NCBI GenBank assembly: GCA_002189035.1
Contig: NEEC01000019.1
Span: 186,001 to 250,000, forward strand
Source: Utricularia gibba
Taxonomy: Eukaryota; Plantae; Magnoliophyta
Reading direction: 5' to 3'
Length of the DNA stretch: 64,000 nt
The position numbers and the translations under genes are program-made. Below are positions 62,517-64,000 of the stretch, piece after piece. The notes beneath the pieces were generated by a model. The model saw only the letters and a program-made list of their open reading frames with translations, was not told where the DNA came from and ran no database searches. Each line of letters opens with the position of its first letter. The stretch's first letter is position 1.

Positions 62517-64000
62517 ATGGCGAATGGGAAAGTAACCTCGAGATCGGGTGGTCATCAGGCCGTTTTTGAGCTGAAACAGCGAGTTGCTATTGCACTTAAC
62601 AAGGTTGCGGATAGGGACACTTATCAACTTGGAGTAGAGGAGCTTGATAGAATCGTCAAGAGCTTGACTCCAGATTTGGTTTCTCCACTGCTCTCATGTA
62701 TATTGGATACGGATTCTGAGAAGAAAAGTTCTGTTAGAAAAGAATGCATTCGGCTAATGGGTACGTTGGTGAAATTTCATGGAGGTCTCATTGGATCTTA
62801 TCTCGGGAAAATGATCGCTAGTATCGTTAAGCGACTTAAGGACTCAGATTCTGGTGTGAGGGACGCGTGTATGGATACGGTTGAGGTGCTGGCTGCTACA
62901 CTGAGTAGCGATAGAATTGATACGGGTGGGCTTTTTGTCGCGTTGGTGAGGCCGCTTTTTGAAGCTCTGGGTGAACAAAACAAGCAAGTGCAATGCGGTT
63001 CAGCGCTGTGTTTATCTAGGGTCATTGACGCATTTCATGACCCTCCTCCAGTTGTTTTGCAGAAGATGCTGGAGAGAACTGTGAAGTTGCATAAAAATCC
63101 CCATTTTATGGGAAAGCCGGCAGTGATTGAGTTGAACAGAAGTATAGTTATGGTATGCCTGATCTACAGCGCTTATGATTTTTCTGAATTCTTCAATGGT
63201 CCTCTAATGTCTTTCAACAAATGTAAATCCAAAATGAGAGTGATTTATGATTCCCCGTCAATGTGCACTAGTGATGAAACTGCTGTAAAATTTCATTAAA
63301 CAGCTTATCTTTATTTAAAATTAATGAAAATTTTCCTTGCTCCGTTCTTCAGGCTGGTGGTGCTTCAACACACACTTCCTTGTCTTCTGCCCTCAAAAGC
63401 ATATTAGAATCAATTAAGAGTGCCGACTGGACAATTCGCAAAGCTGCTTGCAATGCACTAGCTGATATTGCCTCTTGTGGTGCAGCATGCTTGAGTTCAT
63501 ATCGCAGTTCATGCCTTCGATGCCTTGAATCGTGTCGTTTTGACAAGGTTCTATACATAGCTCACTTAGTTTCTGCTTGCGAAATTTTATTGTCCAATGC
63601 TCAGTTTGGTTTTTCCAACTTGCGTCAAATAGGTGAAACCCGTCAGAGACATAGCAATGCAGGCCTTGCAGCTTTGGAGAAACCTTCCTGGTTCCAATAC
63701 ATCTGAACCATCTGACTCTGGATCTTCTGTAAAAGGTTCGTTCCAAATTTATTATATCTTAGAATGTCGTTTATCTCTCATTTCCCCCGTTGATCGCATT
63801 CTTGGTCGGAGTTTTAGTTGCATCGTGTCTAGTCATCTTTCATTTCGAGCGTGGAAATAGTCTGTTATTGATGTTATGTCAAGACAATTGTACCATTCCA
63901 TCACCTGAGTCTCCATTCAATCACCCTGTGTGAAGTTTTTTCCTGTACGTGAGAATGCTACTTATCTCCTGCAGAAAGGACTTACAGACATGGCCATGGC
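62517..64000 (+). CDS. TOR1L2: TORTIFOLIA1/SPIRAL2-like microtubule-associated HEAT-repeat protein (TOR1L2-like), 5' part; continues past the window
   Basis: Exons 62517-63152, 63353-63547, 63633-63735 and 63975 onward. Contains VFELKQRVAIALNKVADRDTYQ, ILDTDSEKKSSVRKECIRLMG, IVKRLKDSDS.VRDAC, DWTIRKAA and CRFDKVKPVRD. Confidence 0.92.

Overview
Plant nuclear DNA, probably a eudicot (inferred from AT content and the gene and TE families). The first ~49.5 kb is a nested pile of mostly dead transposons. It holds an Athila-like Ty3/gypsy internal region (tRNA-Asp-type PBS, gag-PR-RT-RH-INT, all disrupted), seven solo or truncated LTRs of that LTR type (family A, TGATAA...TTATCA), five LTRs of a second family (B), two Ty1/copia remnants, an Angela-like LTR, two clear hAT elements and several PIF/Harbinger remnants. 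From ~50 kb there is a compact block of apparently intact genes: RPL7, an uncharacterised organelle-targeted protein, an EBS7-like ERAD membrane protein, an LYR-motif protein and the 5' part of TORTIFOLIA1-like 2. The most unusual feature lies antisense, directly downstream of the Athila-like integrase (5553-7370). It is a decayed six-exon gene fusing a Transposase_28 ('putative gypsy-type transposase')-like domain to an FCP1/NIF-type HAD phosphatase domain, and its upstream region carries a CACCG-N13-16-CGGTG palindrome array. Other oddities are an 18S rDNA fragment and a WRKY exon fragment captured side by side in one LTR, a very recent 0.9 kb tandem duplication with a templated junction, and a uORF that duplicates the N-terminus of TOR1L2. 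All family assignments come from motif recognition by eye; no database search was run.
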